DNA from: Salinivirgaceae bacterium
GTDB taxonomy: Bacteria; Bacteroidota; Bacteroidia; Bacteroidales; SZUA-534
Length of the DNA: 64,000 nt
Direction of reading: 5' to 3'
NCBI GenBank assembly: GCA_017474765.1
Contig: JAFVGW010000023.1
Coordinates: forward strand, 68,606 to 132,605
Part shown: piece after piece, positions 19,482 through 29,075 of the stretch
How positions within the stretch are numbered: the first letter of the stretch is position 1
Layout of the letters: every line of letters starts with the position of its first letter
Translations under genes and position numbers: made by a program
Notes under the pieces: generated by a model
Seen by the model: only the letters and a program-made list of their open reading frames with translations
The model's database searches: none
Told to the model about the DNA's origin: nothing

Positions 19482-22400
19482 ATGAAACGCATCATCACAC
19501 TATTTTTTGCCGCAATGCTTGCAGGGCAGGCGTGGGCACAGAATACTTTTACCTCAAATGGTTTAAAGTATACAGTAACTGACGAAACTAACCATACGGT
19601 ATCTGTTTCAAAAGGTAGTACCGCACCACCGGCAAACCTCGTCATTCCATCAGAGGTTACATATCCCGAAACTGATGGCGTAAAATACACTGTTACTGCC
19701 ATTGGCAAATCTGGTTTTAGAAATTGCTCCAGTATAATATCTCTAACCATTCCCGAAACTATAACTACAATTGGTAAATTGGCTTTCGATGAGTGTGTAA
19801 AATTGAAGGATGTGTTTATTCCCAACTCGGTGAAAACCATTGGTGATAGTGCGTTTAGCTACTGCTACAAATTAGCTTCATTAACAACGGATAATGATTT
19901 CATTAATTACAAAGATGCTAACATATGCATAACAGTAAACGGATTAAAATATAAACTGCTGACTAAAAATACACTACAGGTGGTGGCTAACAGTTATGGC
20001 GGGTCATTTAACATTCCGGGTACTTTTACTGCGGGCAATGATTTTACTGTCGTCAGTATTTCAGCTGGCGCATTCAGGGAACGTGTAGTCGCATTGAAAT
20101 CAGTTGTCATTCCCAATACTGTTGATAGTATTGCCGCAGAATCTTTCTATCGCGATATGGAAATGACTTCAGCAATAATTGGTAATTCTGTTAAAAGTAT
20201 TGGTGACAATGCGTTTTATGATTGCACCAGTCTGACAACGATAACTATTCCCAATTCGGTAACAAAAATTGGCAAAGGGGCATTTAGATTTTGCTACAAG
20301 CTGGATACAATAATCATTTCCAATTCTTTAACCAGTATTGGTGACGGTGCTTTTTACAGTCAAGGCGAAGGCAATCCAAGTGCAATTATAACAGAAAGTG
20401 ATGCTGATTTCAGCAATGCCGACATATACTTTACAAAAGACGAAATCAGGTATATGGTGTTGACAAAAAACACCGTTGAAATCACCAAAGTTTTTAACCT
20501 CACGGGTGATGTTGTCATTCCGACAACAGTAACTGCGGGAAACACTTTTACAATAACATCTATCAGAGATTATGCGTTAGAAAACAAAACAAATATAACT
20601 TCAATAACCATTCCTAATACAGTAACAAAAATCGGTAAAGAAGCATTTAAAGGTTGCTCCGGTCTGACTAAAGCTGAATTTGCCAGCATGGAGAGTTTGC
20701 TGTCTATGGAATTCGGCTCGACGTTATCAAATCCCATCTATTTGGCTAAACATTTGTATATCGAAAACAAGGAGGTGACAAATCTGGTGATTCCTGACGG
20801 CGTGACAAGCATTGGAACAAAGTTCAGGAATTGCTGTGGTCTCACTTCTGTCACCATACCTAATTCCGTTACCGAAATTAGAAATAATGCTTTCGATGGT
20901 TGCAGCAGCTTAACTTCAATTAATATTCCCGAATCAGTAACAACCATAGGAGATAAAGCGTTCAACAATTGCAGTGGCTTGATTTCGGTAACCATTCCTA
21001 AATCGGTAACCAGCATTGGCAATAATGCTTTTTCTGGTTGTAGTAGCGTTGAAACTCTGACATATAATACAAATGCAGTCGGTTCTATTTTCAAAGGAAT
21101 AAAAACGCTAAAAACAGTAAATATCGGCAATTCGGTAACCAATGTTCCCGATGAGGCTTTCAATGGTTGCTCTGAACTTGCATCAATAACTATTCCTGAT
21201 GCTGTTACCTCCATTGGCGCCAGAGCATTCTACGGATGCAGCGGGGTGAAATCAATTACCATTCCTAATTCGGTAACCACCATTGGCAGTTATGCATTTA
21301 ACGGTTGCAATAACGTTGAAACACTGTCATATAACACACGCGCCATTGGTGCTATTTCCAAAGGAATGAAAAAACTCAAAACAGTTATCATTGGCGATTC
21401 CATAACCAGCATAGCAGCTCATATGTTCAATGGTTGCTCCAGTTTGACATCGGTAACCATTCCTAATTCAGTTAAAACCATTGGTCAGCAGGCTTTCGAT
21501 AATTGCACAAGTCTCGATTTGCTTATTGTTCCTGATTCGGTTACAAGTATCGGGGGCTATGCGTTTGAGGATGTTAACACTGTAATTTATTCAGGCACAG
21601 CCACAGGCCGCAATTGGGGAGCAAAAACAGTGCTGTCCAATGCCGTGACCGATGGTGATTGGCTCTATTCCGATAGTACAAAAATACAACTTGTAAAGTA
21701 TTTGGGTAGCGGTGGTGACATTACCATTCCAAACACTGTTAAAAGCATTGAAAACGGAGCTTTCCGTGATTGCACTGGACTTACTTCAGTAACTATTTCA
21801 GACTCTGTTAAATCCATCGGAGTTAGGGCATTCGACGGTTGCACTAACCTTGCCTTTAACGAATATAATAATGCCTGCTATTTGGGAAACAGCAAGAATC
21901 AGTATTTGGCTCTTATCAAACCCAAGTCGGCGGATATAACCTCATGCAGTGTGAACAGCAAATGTCAAATTATTGCAAACAAGGCATTCCTCAACTGCAG
22001 CCTTATTTCAATCATCATTCCCGAATCGGTAACAGTCATAGGTGATGAAGCGTTTGATGGTTGCACGGAACTGACATCGATTAGCATCTTGAGTGACGCA
22101 AATATTTATCCTGCTAATATTTGTTTCACAAAAGACAAATTTAAGTACAAAGTGCTTGACAAAGAATCGGTTGAAGTGTTAAATAATTCTTATTCAGGCG
22201 ATATATCCATTCCAGAAACCGTAACTGCAGGCAAAACCTTTAATGTGACAAGTATTGGCTACGAGTCATTTTATCAGTCTGACCTTACTTCGATTACCAT
22301 TCCCAATTCAGTCATAAGCATCGGAAGAGCCGCTTTTTCACTATGCACTAACCTTGGTTCGGTAAGCATTCCGAATTCGGTGACAAGTATAGGTGGTTCG

Positions 22401-24491
22401 GCATTCTATAAATGCAGTTGCCTTAATTCAGTTGTCATTCCAAATTCGGTTACGACAATCGGTGATTATGTGTTTGAGAATTGTAGTGGGCTTACTTCAG
22501 TGGTCCTTCCAAACTCGCTTTCAAGCATTGGTAGTGAAACCTTCAGTGGTTGCAATAGTCTAAATTCAGTTGTCGTTCCAAACACTGTTTCAAACATCGG
22601 TTGGAATGCGTTTGCGAATGTGGGTGAAGTAATCTATTCTGGCACAGCCTCTGGCAGCCCATGGGGAGCCAAATCTGTATCAGCCTACAGCGATGGATTT
22701 AAATTCAAAGTTAATGTAAACAACCCCAACGAGGCGGAAGTCACAAAATATGAAGGCAATGACCCTGTGGTAGTAATTCCGCCAACAGCAACTATCGGCA
22801 ACAAAACGTACACAGTAACATCAATCAGCGAGAGCGCCTTCAGCAGTTGCTGGGAACTGAAAGCGGTTTACCTGCCCAATACCATAACAAGCATTGGCGC
22901 AACATCGTTTAGCGGTTGTTACAAATTGCAGTTCAACACTTTCGACAATGCCATCTATATTGGCTCACAAGACAATCCTTATTATGCACTCATCAAAGCC
23001 AAAGACAAAAACATAACCTCGTGCCAGATACACAGCGATTGTAAGGTAATTGCAAGTTTTGCGTTTGAAAACTGCGAGGCTCTTACTAGCATAACAATTC
23101 CCGATTCGGTAACGCACATTGGCCGTATGGCATTCAACAATTGTTCGGCGATTGAGAATGCTGTTGTGGGCAAATCGATTGTCGAGATAGGGAATTGGGC
23201 TTTCGAAAATTGCAAAAAACTCAAAACCGTATCCATACCAACAAGTATCAAGAGTATAGGTTACGGCGTGTTCTACGGCTGTGACAATCTGCAATATAAC
23301 ACCTTCGACAATGCTCTCTATCTGGGCAACGACATTAACAAGTATGTTGCGCTGATGATGCCGAAAGCAGATGACATTCAGCAATGTATGATAAGCGATA
23401 GTTGCCAAATAATCTACGAAAGCGCTTTTCTCAATTGCGCATCGCTCGATTCGGTATCAATTCCAAATTCTGTTTGGAGCATCGGAAGCAATGCATTCAG
23501 CAACACTGCTTTGCGCTCGGTTGTGCTTCCTGATTCGCTCCGAACAATTGAAGCGGGACTGTTTAACGAGTGCACAAAACTCACATCGGTTACTATCCCA
23601 AATTCAGTAACAACAATTGACATCAATGCTTTTTATTGGTGTGAGAGCCTTAAAACAGTTGCTCTGCCCAATGGGCTCACGCAGATAGGCGGCAGCGCCT
23701 TCAACTATTGTCTTGGTTTGGATTCCATACTGATACCAATGTCTGTCGATTCGATAGGAAATGCTGCATTCTTCCGCTGCAACAAGGCCACAATATATTG
23801 CGAGGCCGACAGCAAGCCTGCCCACTGGAATGAAGATTGGAATGCAAATGGAGGAACGGTAGTATGGAAATATTGTGGAAATGGCAATAATGCCCATACT
23901 TCAGTTACAGATGCTGCCGTTGCCGCAACTTGTACAAAATCAGGTTTAACTGAAGGCTCGCATTGCTCGGTTTGCGGCACAGTCATAGTTAAGCAAGACA
24001 CAATACCGGCTAAAGGTCACACCATTGTTATTGATGAGGCAGTTGAACCAACCTGCACCGAGACAGGGCTGGGAGAGGGCAAGCATTGTGCCGTCTGCGA
24101 CGAATACGACTGGACCCAAGAACTTCTGCCGCCATTGGGCCACGAGTTTGTAAACTACGTTTATAACAACGACGCCACCACCGAAGCCGATGGCACAGAG
24201 ACTGCTGTCTGCGAGCGCGGCTGTGGCGCAACTGACACACGCACTGCTGAAGGCACACGATTGTCAACATCCGTTTCAGAATCCGCTGCAAACAATTTGA
24301 TGGTTTATGCCCACGGCAACACCATCATTGTTGAAAACGCCGCAGAAGAAATCAGCGTATATGATGCAATGGGTCGCCTTATTGGTAGGGACGCGATTAA
24401 TCGCGTCCGTACAGAAATCCGCGTCAACACCGCAGGTCTTTACATTGTGAAGGTTGGCAATGTGGCGAAACGTGTGATTGTGAATGATTGA
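19482..24491 (+). CDS. Giant BspA-type leucine-rich-repeat surface protein with T9SS type A C-terminal sorting domain
   Basis: Signal peptide MKRIITLFFAAMLAGQAWAQ. Dozens of units of about 23 aa of form (T)IPNSVTSIGxxAFxxCxxLTSV. Three Cys-rich modules (CTKSGLTEGSHCSVCG, CTETGLGEGKHCAVC, AVCERGCG) precede the CTD. The CTD is NNLMVYAHGNTIIVENAAEEISVYDAMGRLIGRD...GLYIVKVGNVAKRVIVND. Confidence 0.9.
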   Translation: MKRIITLFFAAMLAGQAWAQNTFTSNGLKYTVTDETNHTVSVSKGSTAPPANLVIPSEVTYPETDGVKYTVTAIGKSGFRNCSSIISLTIPETITTIGKLAFDECVKLKDVFIPNSVKTIGDSAFSYCYKLASLTTDNDFINYKDANICITVNGLKYKLLTKNTLQVVANSYGGSFNIPGTFTAGNDFTVVSISAGAFRERVVALKSVVIPNTVDSIAAESFYRDMEMTSAIIGNSVKSIGDNAFYDCTSLTTITIPNSVTKIGKGAFRFCYKLDTIIISNSLTSIGDGAFYSQGEGNPSAIITESDADFSNADIYFTKDEIRYMVLTKNTVEITKVFNLTGDVVIPTTVTAGNTFTITSIRDYALENKTNITSITIPNTVTKIGKEAFKGCSGLTKAEFASMESLLSMEFGSTLSNPIYLAKHLYIENKEVTNLVIPDGVTSIGTKFRNCCGLTSVTIPNSVTEIRNNAFDGCSSLTSINIPESVTTIGDKAFNNCSGLISVTIPKSVTSIGNNAFSGCSSVETLTYNTNAVGSIFKGIKTLKTVNIGNSVTNVPDEAFNGCSELASITIPDAVTSIGARAFYGCSGVKSITIPNSVTTIGSYAFNGCNNVETLSYNTRAIGAISKGMKKLKTVIIGDSITSIAAHMFNGCSSLTSVTIPNSVKTIGQQAFDNCTSLDLLIVPDSVTSIGGYAFEDVNTVIYSGTATGRNWGAKTVLSNAVTDGDWLYSDSTKIQLVKYLGSGGDITIPNTVKSIENGAFRDCTGLTSVTISDSVKSIGVRAFDGCTNLAFNEYNNACYLGNSKNQYLALIKPKSADITSCSVNSKCQIIANKAFLNCSLISIIIPESVTVIGDEAFDGCTELTSISILSDANIYPANICFTKDKFKYKVLDKESVEVLNNSYSGDISIPETVTAGKTFNVTSIGYESFYQSDLTSITIPNSVISIGRAAFSLCTNLGSVSIPNSVTSIGGSAFYKCSCLNSVVIPNSVTTIGDYVFENCSGLTSVVLPNSLSSIGSETFSGCNSLNSVVVPNTVSNIGWNAFANVGEVIYSGTASGSPWGAKSVSAYSDGFKFKVNVNNPNEAEVTKYEGNDPVVVIPPTATIGNKTYTVTSISESAFSSCWELKAVYLPNTITSIGATSFSGCYKLQFNTFDNAIYIGSQDNPYYALIKAKDKNITSCQIHSDCKVIASFAFENCEALTSITIPDSVTHIGRMAFNNCSAIENAVVGKSIVEIGNWAFENCKKLKTVSIPTSIKSIGYGVFYGCDNLQYNTFDNALYLGNDINKYVALMMPKADDIQQCMISDSCQIIYESAFLNCASLDSVSIPNSVWSIGSNAFSNTALRSVVLPDSLRTIEAGLFNECTKLTSVTIPNSVTTIDINAFYWCESLKTVALPNGLTQIGGSAFNYCLGLDSILIPMSVDSIGNAAFFRCNKATIYCEADSKPAHWNEDWNANGGTVVWKYCGNGNNAHTSVTDAAVAATCTKSGLTEGSHCSVCGTVIVKQDTIPAKGHTIVIDEAVEPTCTETGLGEGKHCAVCDEYDWTQELLPPLGHEFVNYVYNNDATTEADGTETAVCERGCGATDTRTAEGTRLSTSVSESAANNLMVYAHGNTIIVENAAEEISVYDAMGRLIGRDAINRVRTEIRVNTAGLYIVKVGNVAKRVIVND

Positions 24492-24526
24492 TATTATTCA
24501 GTTTAAATGTGGTTCATTTGATAGAA

Positions 24527-24560
24527 ATATGGGGTGATGTAATTCGCCCCATATTTTTCT
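24527..24560 (+). terminator. Rho-independent terminator candidate after the giant LRR gene
   Basis: Stem atatggggtg / cgccccatat (10 bp with one G-U), loop atgtaatt, followed by ttttct. Confidence 0.6.
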
Positions 24561-24656
24561 TGCGCCCTTCTGATGAGTCGAAATTTTTAAAAACCAAAAA
24601 ACACTGTATATTCGCACCGTTTTTAATAAGTCTATTAAATAACTCTATTATATTCA

Positions 24657-26438
24657 ATGAAAGAGGGAACTCATTATAATCTTGGTGTCGATATTGGCTC
24701 AACCACGCTGAAGGTGGCTATGCTCGATGCCGATGGAAAACTGGTTTATTCTGATTATCAGCGCCATAACGCGGCTATCAAGCAGACGGCCAATCATGTG
24801 GCCACGCGCATTTTCAACAAGTTCGGCGATTGCTGGCTGAATGTGGCAATGACGGGCTCGGTGGGGATGGGCTACGCTGAAAGGCTCAATCTGGGCTTCA
24901 TTCAAGAAGTGGTGGCTGCCGCCGAAACCATCAAGCAGCGCTATCCGCAGGTGCGCACCTTTATTGATATGGGCGGCGAGGACAGCAAGATGATTTTCTT
25001 TGAGGAAGGCAAGGTGCCCGACATCCGCATGAACGGCAGTTGCGCGGGCGGAACAGGCGCCTTCATCGACCAAACGGCCACGCTGCTCGGTGTTGAGACC
25101 AACGAACTGAACGCGCTGGCCGAAAAATCGGAAACCATCTACCCGATAGCATCGCGGTGCGGTGTGTTCTCAAAAACTGATATTCAGAATCTTATCAGCC
25201 GAAACGTGAGCCGCAGCGATATTGCCGCATCGGTGTTCAACGCGGTGGCGATGCAGGTTGTGGCTTCGCTTGCACGTGGCATGGACATTCTGCCCGAAGT
25301 GTTCTTCTGCGGCGGTCCGTTTGCTTTTCTGCCCGAACTGAAAAAACATTTCATCCATGTACTCAACATCACTGAAGGCGACTGCATTCTGCCCGAAAAC
25401 GCGCAAATCATTCCCGCTCTGGGTTGCGCTCTGCTGGCAGGTTCGCTCGGACATCGCGAGATGCGTCTGTCGGAATTCCTTTATATTCTGCGTTTTGCGA
25501 CCGATGACACGCCTGTCGATTTGTCGAAACGGCTCAACCCGTTGTTTGTGTCGGCAGCCGACTACGACGAGTGGCACAAGCGCAAGATGAACAATTTTGT
25601 GCCGAAAGCCGATTTCGCAGCCGACAAGCAAGGCAAATATTATCTGGGCATCGACTCGGGCAGCACCACCACCAAAATTGTGCTTACCAATGCCAATGGC
25701 GAGATAGTATATACTGATTATCAGCGAAATAATGGTGATAGTTTCCGCACCTTCGCCGACGGGCTGAAGCGTATGCAGGCCGCTCTGCCAAACTCTGATA
25801 ACATTGTGATTGCAGGCAGTTGCGCCACTGGCTACGGCGAGAATCTGCTGCGCACGGCCTTCAATCTCGATTACGGAATTGTTGAGACGATGGCGCATTT
25901 TGTGGCAGCGCGGCACGTCAACCCTGATGTGTCGTTTGTGCTCGACATCGGCGGTCAGGACATGAAGGCCATCTTTGTTGAGAACGGCACCATCAAGCGC
26001 ATTGAGATTAACGAAGCCTGCTCGTCGGGTTGCGGGTCGTTCATTGAGACGTTTGCCACGATGCTCGGCTACAAGGTTGATGAGTTTGCGCGGCTCTCGT
26101 GCATGGCGCAGCACCCGTGCGACCTGGGAACGCGCTGCACCGTGTTTATGAACTCGAAGGTGAAACAGGCCATGCGCGAAGGCTCGGCTGTTGAGGACAT
26201 TGCCGCAGGTTTCAGTTATTCGGTGGTGAAAAACTGCTTGTTCAAAGTGCTGAAACTGAAGAATATCAAAGAGTTGGGTGAGAATATTGTGGTTCAGGGC
26301 GGAACGTTCCGCAACCACTCAATTGTGCGTGCGCTCGAACTGCTGACTGGCTGCGAAGTGTCGTTCACCGACATTCCCGAACTGATGGGCGCCTACGGAG
26401 CCGCTCTTCACGCTATTGAGATGAGCAAGGAAAAATGA
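24657..26438 (+). CDS. Double BadF/BadG/BcrA/BcrD-type ATPase (2-hydroxyacyl-CoA dehydratase activase-like)
   Basis: Two tandem ASKHA ATPase halves start at [17 protein letters not shown] and [17 protein letters not shown]. Each half has the Cys pair expected for a bridging [4Fe-4S] cluster in HgdC-type activators ([13 protein letters not shown] + [11 protein letters not shown]; [13 protein letters not shown] + [11 protein letters not shown]). Confidence 0.88.
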   Translation: MKEGTHYNLGVDIGSTTLKVAMLDADGKLVYSDYQRHNAAIKQTANHVATRIFNKFGDCWLNVAMTGSVGMGYAERLNLGFIQEVVAAAETIKQRYPQVRTFIDMGGEDSKMIFFEEGKVPDIRMNGSCAGGTGAFIDQTATLLGVETNELNALAEKSETIYPIASRCGVFSKTDIQNLISRNVSRSDIAASVFNAVAMQVVASLARGMDILPEVFFCGGPFAFLPELKKHFIHVLNITEGDCILPENAQIIPALGCALLAGSLGHREMRLSEFLYILRFATDDTPVDLSKRLNPLFVSAADYDEWHKRKMNNFVPKADFAADKQGKYYLGIDSGSTTTKIVLTNANGEIVYTDYQRNNGDSFRTFADGLKRMQAALPNSDNIVIAGSCATGYGENLLRTAFNLDYGIVETMAHFVAARHVNPDVSFVLDIGGQDMKAIFVENGTIKRIEINEACSSGCGSFIETFATMLGYKVDEFARLSCMAQHPCDLGTRCTVFMNSKVKQAMREGSAVEDIAAGFSYSVVKNCLFKVLKLKNIKELGENIVVQGGTFRNHSIVRALELLTGCEVSFTDIPELMGAYGAALHAIEMSKEK

Positions 26439-26550
26439 TGAATCGGTGAATTGTATAATCGGATAATCGATTGGAAGACAGACAATTCGCCGATTGACCG
26501 ATTCACCAATCAAATTCGTAATTCGTAATTCAAAATTCGTAATTAATAAT
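26436..26550. repeat. Intergenic short-word repeat spacer (locus C)
   Basis: TGATGA, then aatcggtgaattgtataatcggataatcgattgg ... cgattgaccgattcaccaatc ... aattcgtaattcgtaattcaaaattcgtaatt, up to the next ATG. Confidence 0.75.
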
Positions 26551-27603
26551 ATGTCAGATAAATCGTTAACAGAATTGATAGACGCCAACTCGTATGAGTC
26601 TGAATTTCAGACTTGTCCTGGCTGCGACAACCACTGCACCGTCAAGTTGTTCCACTTTCCGAACGGCAACACGTTCGCATCGGGCAACAACTGCGAGAAA
26701 GTGTACTCAAACCATTCAGAATCAGAGCGCAAGGGCGTGAATATGATGGTGGAGAAGTACAAACTGCTTTTCCGTCAGCCGAAGGTGGAGCCTGTGGGTA
26801 AATCGTTGGGAATCAAGATTGGACTGCCGCGCGCTTTGGGAATGTACGAGAACTATCCGTTCTGGTACACCTTGTTTTCGGCCTGCGGGCTCGAAGTGGT
26901 GCTGTCGAACAATTCGAGCAACAAAATCTACGAGTCGGGCCTGCGCTCAATCATGGCCGACAACATCTGCTTCCCCGCGAAACTGATGCACGGCCACATC
27001 AATAATCTGATTGATATGAAGGTGGATAGAATTTTCTACCCCTATGTGGTTTTCGAGCGCAAGGAGGACGATAAGTCGAAAAACAGTTTCAACTGCCCGA
27101 TTGTGTCGGCCTATTCTGATGTCATCAAAAGTTCGATGGACCCCGCCCGCAAGAGCGGAGTGCCGTTCGATGCGCCTGTTATAACATTCAACGACAGTGA
27201 GTTGCTGGTGAAATCGTGCTGGGCTTATCTGAAAACCTTGGGCGTTAAACGCGAAGTTGCGCTGAAAGCCATTGAGATGGCGAAAGACGTGCAAACATCA
27301 TACATTCAGAAACTTACAGCGCGCGCCAACGAAGTACTCGATTTGGCCACAAAGGAGAACCGAATGGTGATTCTGCTGGCAGGCCGTCCGTATCACACCG
27401 ATCCGATGATTGAGCACAAAATATCGCAGGCCATCGCCTACATGGGCATCGATGTGATTACGGAGCATGTGGCCACAGAACTTGGCGCAACGGTGTTCGA
27501 CGAGATTAACGCATTGAGCCAATGGGCCTACCCGAACCGTATTTCAAGGCGGCTTATTTTGCGGGCAAGTATCCGCGCAAAAACCTGCATTTTGTTGAGT
27601 TGA
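26551..27603 (+). CDS. Acyl-CoA dehydratase activase-related protein, N-terminal fragment (apparent frameshift near 27541-27546)
   Basis: ATG at 26551 gives MSDKSLTELIDANSYESEFQTCPGCDNHCTV (Cys cluster). Coding-like sequence runs to ...ALSQWAYPNRI. The last 20 codons (SRRLILRASIRAKTCILLS) look like out-of-frame read-through. Confidence 0.6.
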   Translation: MSDKSLTELIDANSYESEFQTCPGCDNHCTVKLFHFPNGNTFASGNNCEKVYSNHSESERKGVNMMVEKYKLLFRQPKVEPVGKSLGIKIGLPRALGMYENYPFWYTLFSACGLEVVLSNNSSNKIYESGLRSIMADNICFPAKLMHGHINNLIDMKVDRIFYPYVVFERKEDDKSKNSFNCPIVSAYSDVIKSSMDPARKSGVPFDAPVITFNDSELLVKSCWAYLKTLGVKREVALKAIEMAKDVQTSYIQKLTARANEVLDLATKENRMVILLAGRPYHTDPMIEHKISQAIAYMGIDVITEHVATELGATVFDEINALSQWAYPNRISRRLILRASIRAKTCILLS

Positions 27604-29057
27604 CGTCGTTTGGCTGCGGTCCCGACGCCTTCATTCTCGACGAGGTGAACGCGATATTGAAACGTTTTGGCAAAAACCTGACAATCTTAAAGATAGACGA
27701 TGTGAACAATATCGGTTCGCTGCGATTGCGCATCCGCTCGCTGGTGGAATCGTGCAAGGCCGAACTGGCTGAAACATCGACAGTTGACCGCAAATTCGCC
27801 ACCACAAAGATTTTCGAGAAGGAAGACCGTCAGCGTACCATCATCGCGCCGTATTTTGCAGAGGGCTATTCGGAGTTTCTGCCGTCGCTTTTCAAACTGG
27901 TGGGCTACAATCTGGTGGTGCTGCCCACGGGCAATCAGGAAGCCGCCGAAACAGGTTTGCGTTTTGCCAACAACGACATTTGCTACCCTGCCACGATTGT
28001 GGTTGGAAGCATCATCAATGCGCTCAACAGCGGCAAATACGACCTTGACAACACGGCTGTCATCATCACACAAACGGGCGGACAATGTCGCGCAAGCAAC
28101 TATTACTCGCTGATTAAGAACGCGTTGGTGGCTGGCGGATTCGCCAAAGTGCCTGTGCTGTCGCTGGCAACGGGGGCGGGGGTGAACAATAATCAACCTG
28201 GATTCGAGATTAAGTGGGGAAAGGTGATAAAGATTCTTGTCCATGCCATTCTCTATGCCGACTGCATTGCCAAAATGTATCATTCGGCGGCGGTGCGTGA
28301 GGTGGAGCCTGGGCTGGCCTTCAAACTTCGCAACCGCTATATTGAGGAAGCATTCCCGTTCATCGAAAATAAGGACTACAAAGGCCTGAAGCGGCTTCTG
28401 AAGCAGGCAGTGGCCGATTTTACGGCGGCTGTGGAGAAGAACAAGCGTGTGCCTGTCATCGGGCTTGTGGGCGAGATTTATGTGAAATACAACGGGTTCA
28501 GCAACAAGTTCGTAACCCAATGGCTCATTGAGCATGGGGTTGAGGTGGTGCCGCCCGCACTGATTACATTCTTCTCGACGTCGTTTGTCAACAGTCACTA
28601 CAATCGCCGTTACAACATCAAGAAAGAAACTAATCCACAATGGATTAGCGACGGACTGCACGCGCTGCTTTTGAGTTGCATGCGTAAGTACGACCGCATC
28701 TGTCAGCCGTTCCCTTATTACCGTCCGTTTGCAAGCATTTTCGAGATTGGCAAACTCTCGGAGCAGGTCATCAACTCTGCCGCCGACTTTGGCGAAGGCT
28801 GGATGCTGCCTGGCGAAATATGCCACCTTGCGGAGCACGGAGTTCAGAACGTGGTGAGTCTGCAACCTTTCGGCTGCATCGCCAATCACATCATCTCGAA
28901 AGGTATCGAGAAGAAAATCAAGCAGGTGTATCCGCAGATGAGCCTTCTGTTCCTTGATTTCGACAGCAGTACATCGGAAGCCAATGTGTTCAACCGTCTG
29001 CATTTTATGATTGAGAACTGCAAGGAGCAACTTGCTGAAGCCGAAGCCAGAACCTAA
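27522..29057 (+). CDS. Acyl-CoA dehydratase activase-related / 2-hydroxyglutaryl-CoA dehydratase D-component-like protein, C-terminal fragment
   Basis: Frame 3 reads ...FKAAYFAGKYPRKNLHFVELTSFGCGPDAFILDEV..., later QTGGQCRASNY and SLQPFGCIANH (conserved Cys motifs of this family). The ATG at 27522 lies inside the overlap with the previous frame and is probably not a true start. Confidence 0.6.
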   Translation: MGLPEPYFKAAYFAGKYPRKNLHFVELTSFGCGPDAFILDEVNAILKRFGKNLTILKIDDVNNIGSLRLRIRSLVESCKAELAETSTVDRKFATTKIFEKEDRQRTIIAPYFAEGYSEFLPSLFKLVGYNLVVLPTGNQEAAETGLRFANNDICYPATIVVGSIINALNSGKYDLDNTAVIITQTGGQCRASNYYSLIKNALVAGGFAKVPVLSLATGAGVNNNQPGFEIKWGKVIKILVHAILYADCIAKMYHSAAVREVEPGLAFKLRNRYIEEAFPFIENKDYKGLKRLLKQAVADFTAAVEKNKRVPVIGLVGEIYVKYNGFSNKFVTQWLIEHGVEVVPPALITFFSTSFVNSHYNRRYNIKKETNPQWISDGLHALLLSCMRKYDRICQPFPYYRPFASIFEIGKLSEQVINSAADFGEGWMLPGEICHLAEHGVQNVVSLQPFGCIANHIISKGIEKKIKQVYPQMSLLFLDFDSSTSEANVFNRLHFMIENCKEQLAEAEART

Positions 29058-29075
29058 CCCCTAAAGAACGCGACA

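Noticed and set aside
25170-26318. 382-aa ORF on the minus strand
   Set aside because: It is antisense to the double-ATPase activase gene and has no motifs. It is a shadow ORF.
27687-29030. 447-aa ORF on the minus strand
   Set aside because: It is fully antisense to the dehydratase-like gene, which has family-typical motifs. Its translation is Arg/His/Val-rich with no recognisable motif. This is a shadow ORF of a GC-richer gene.
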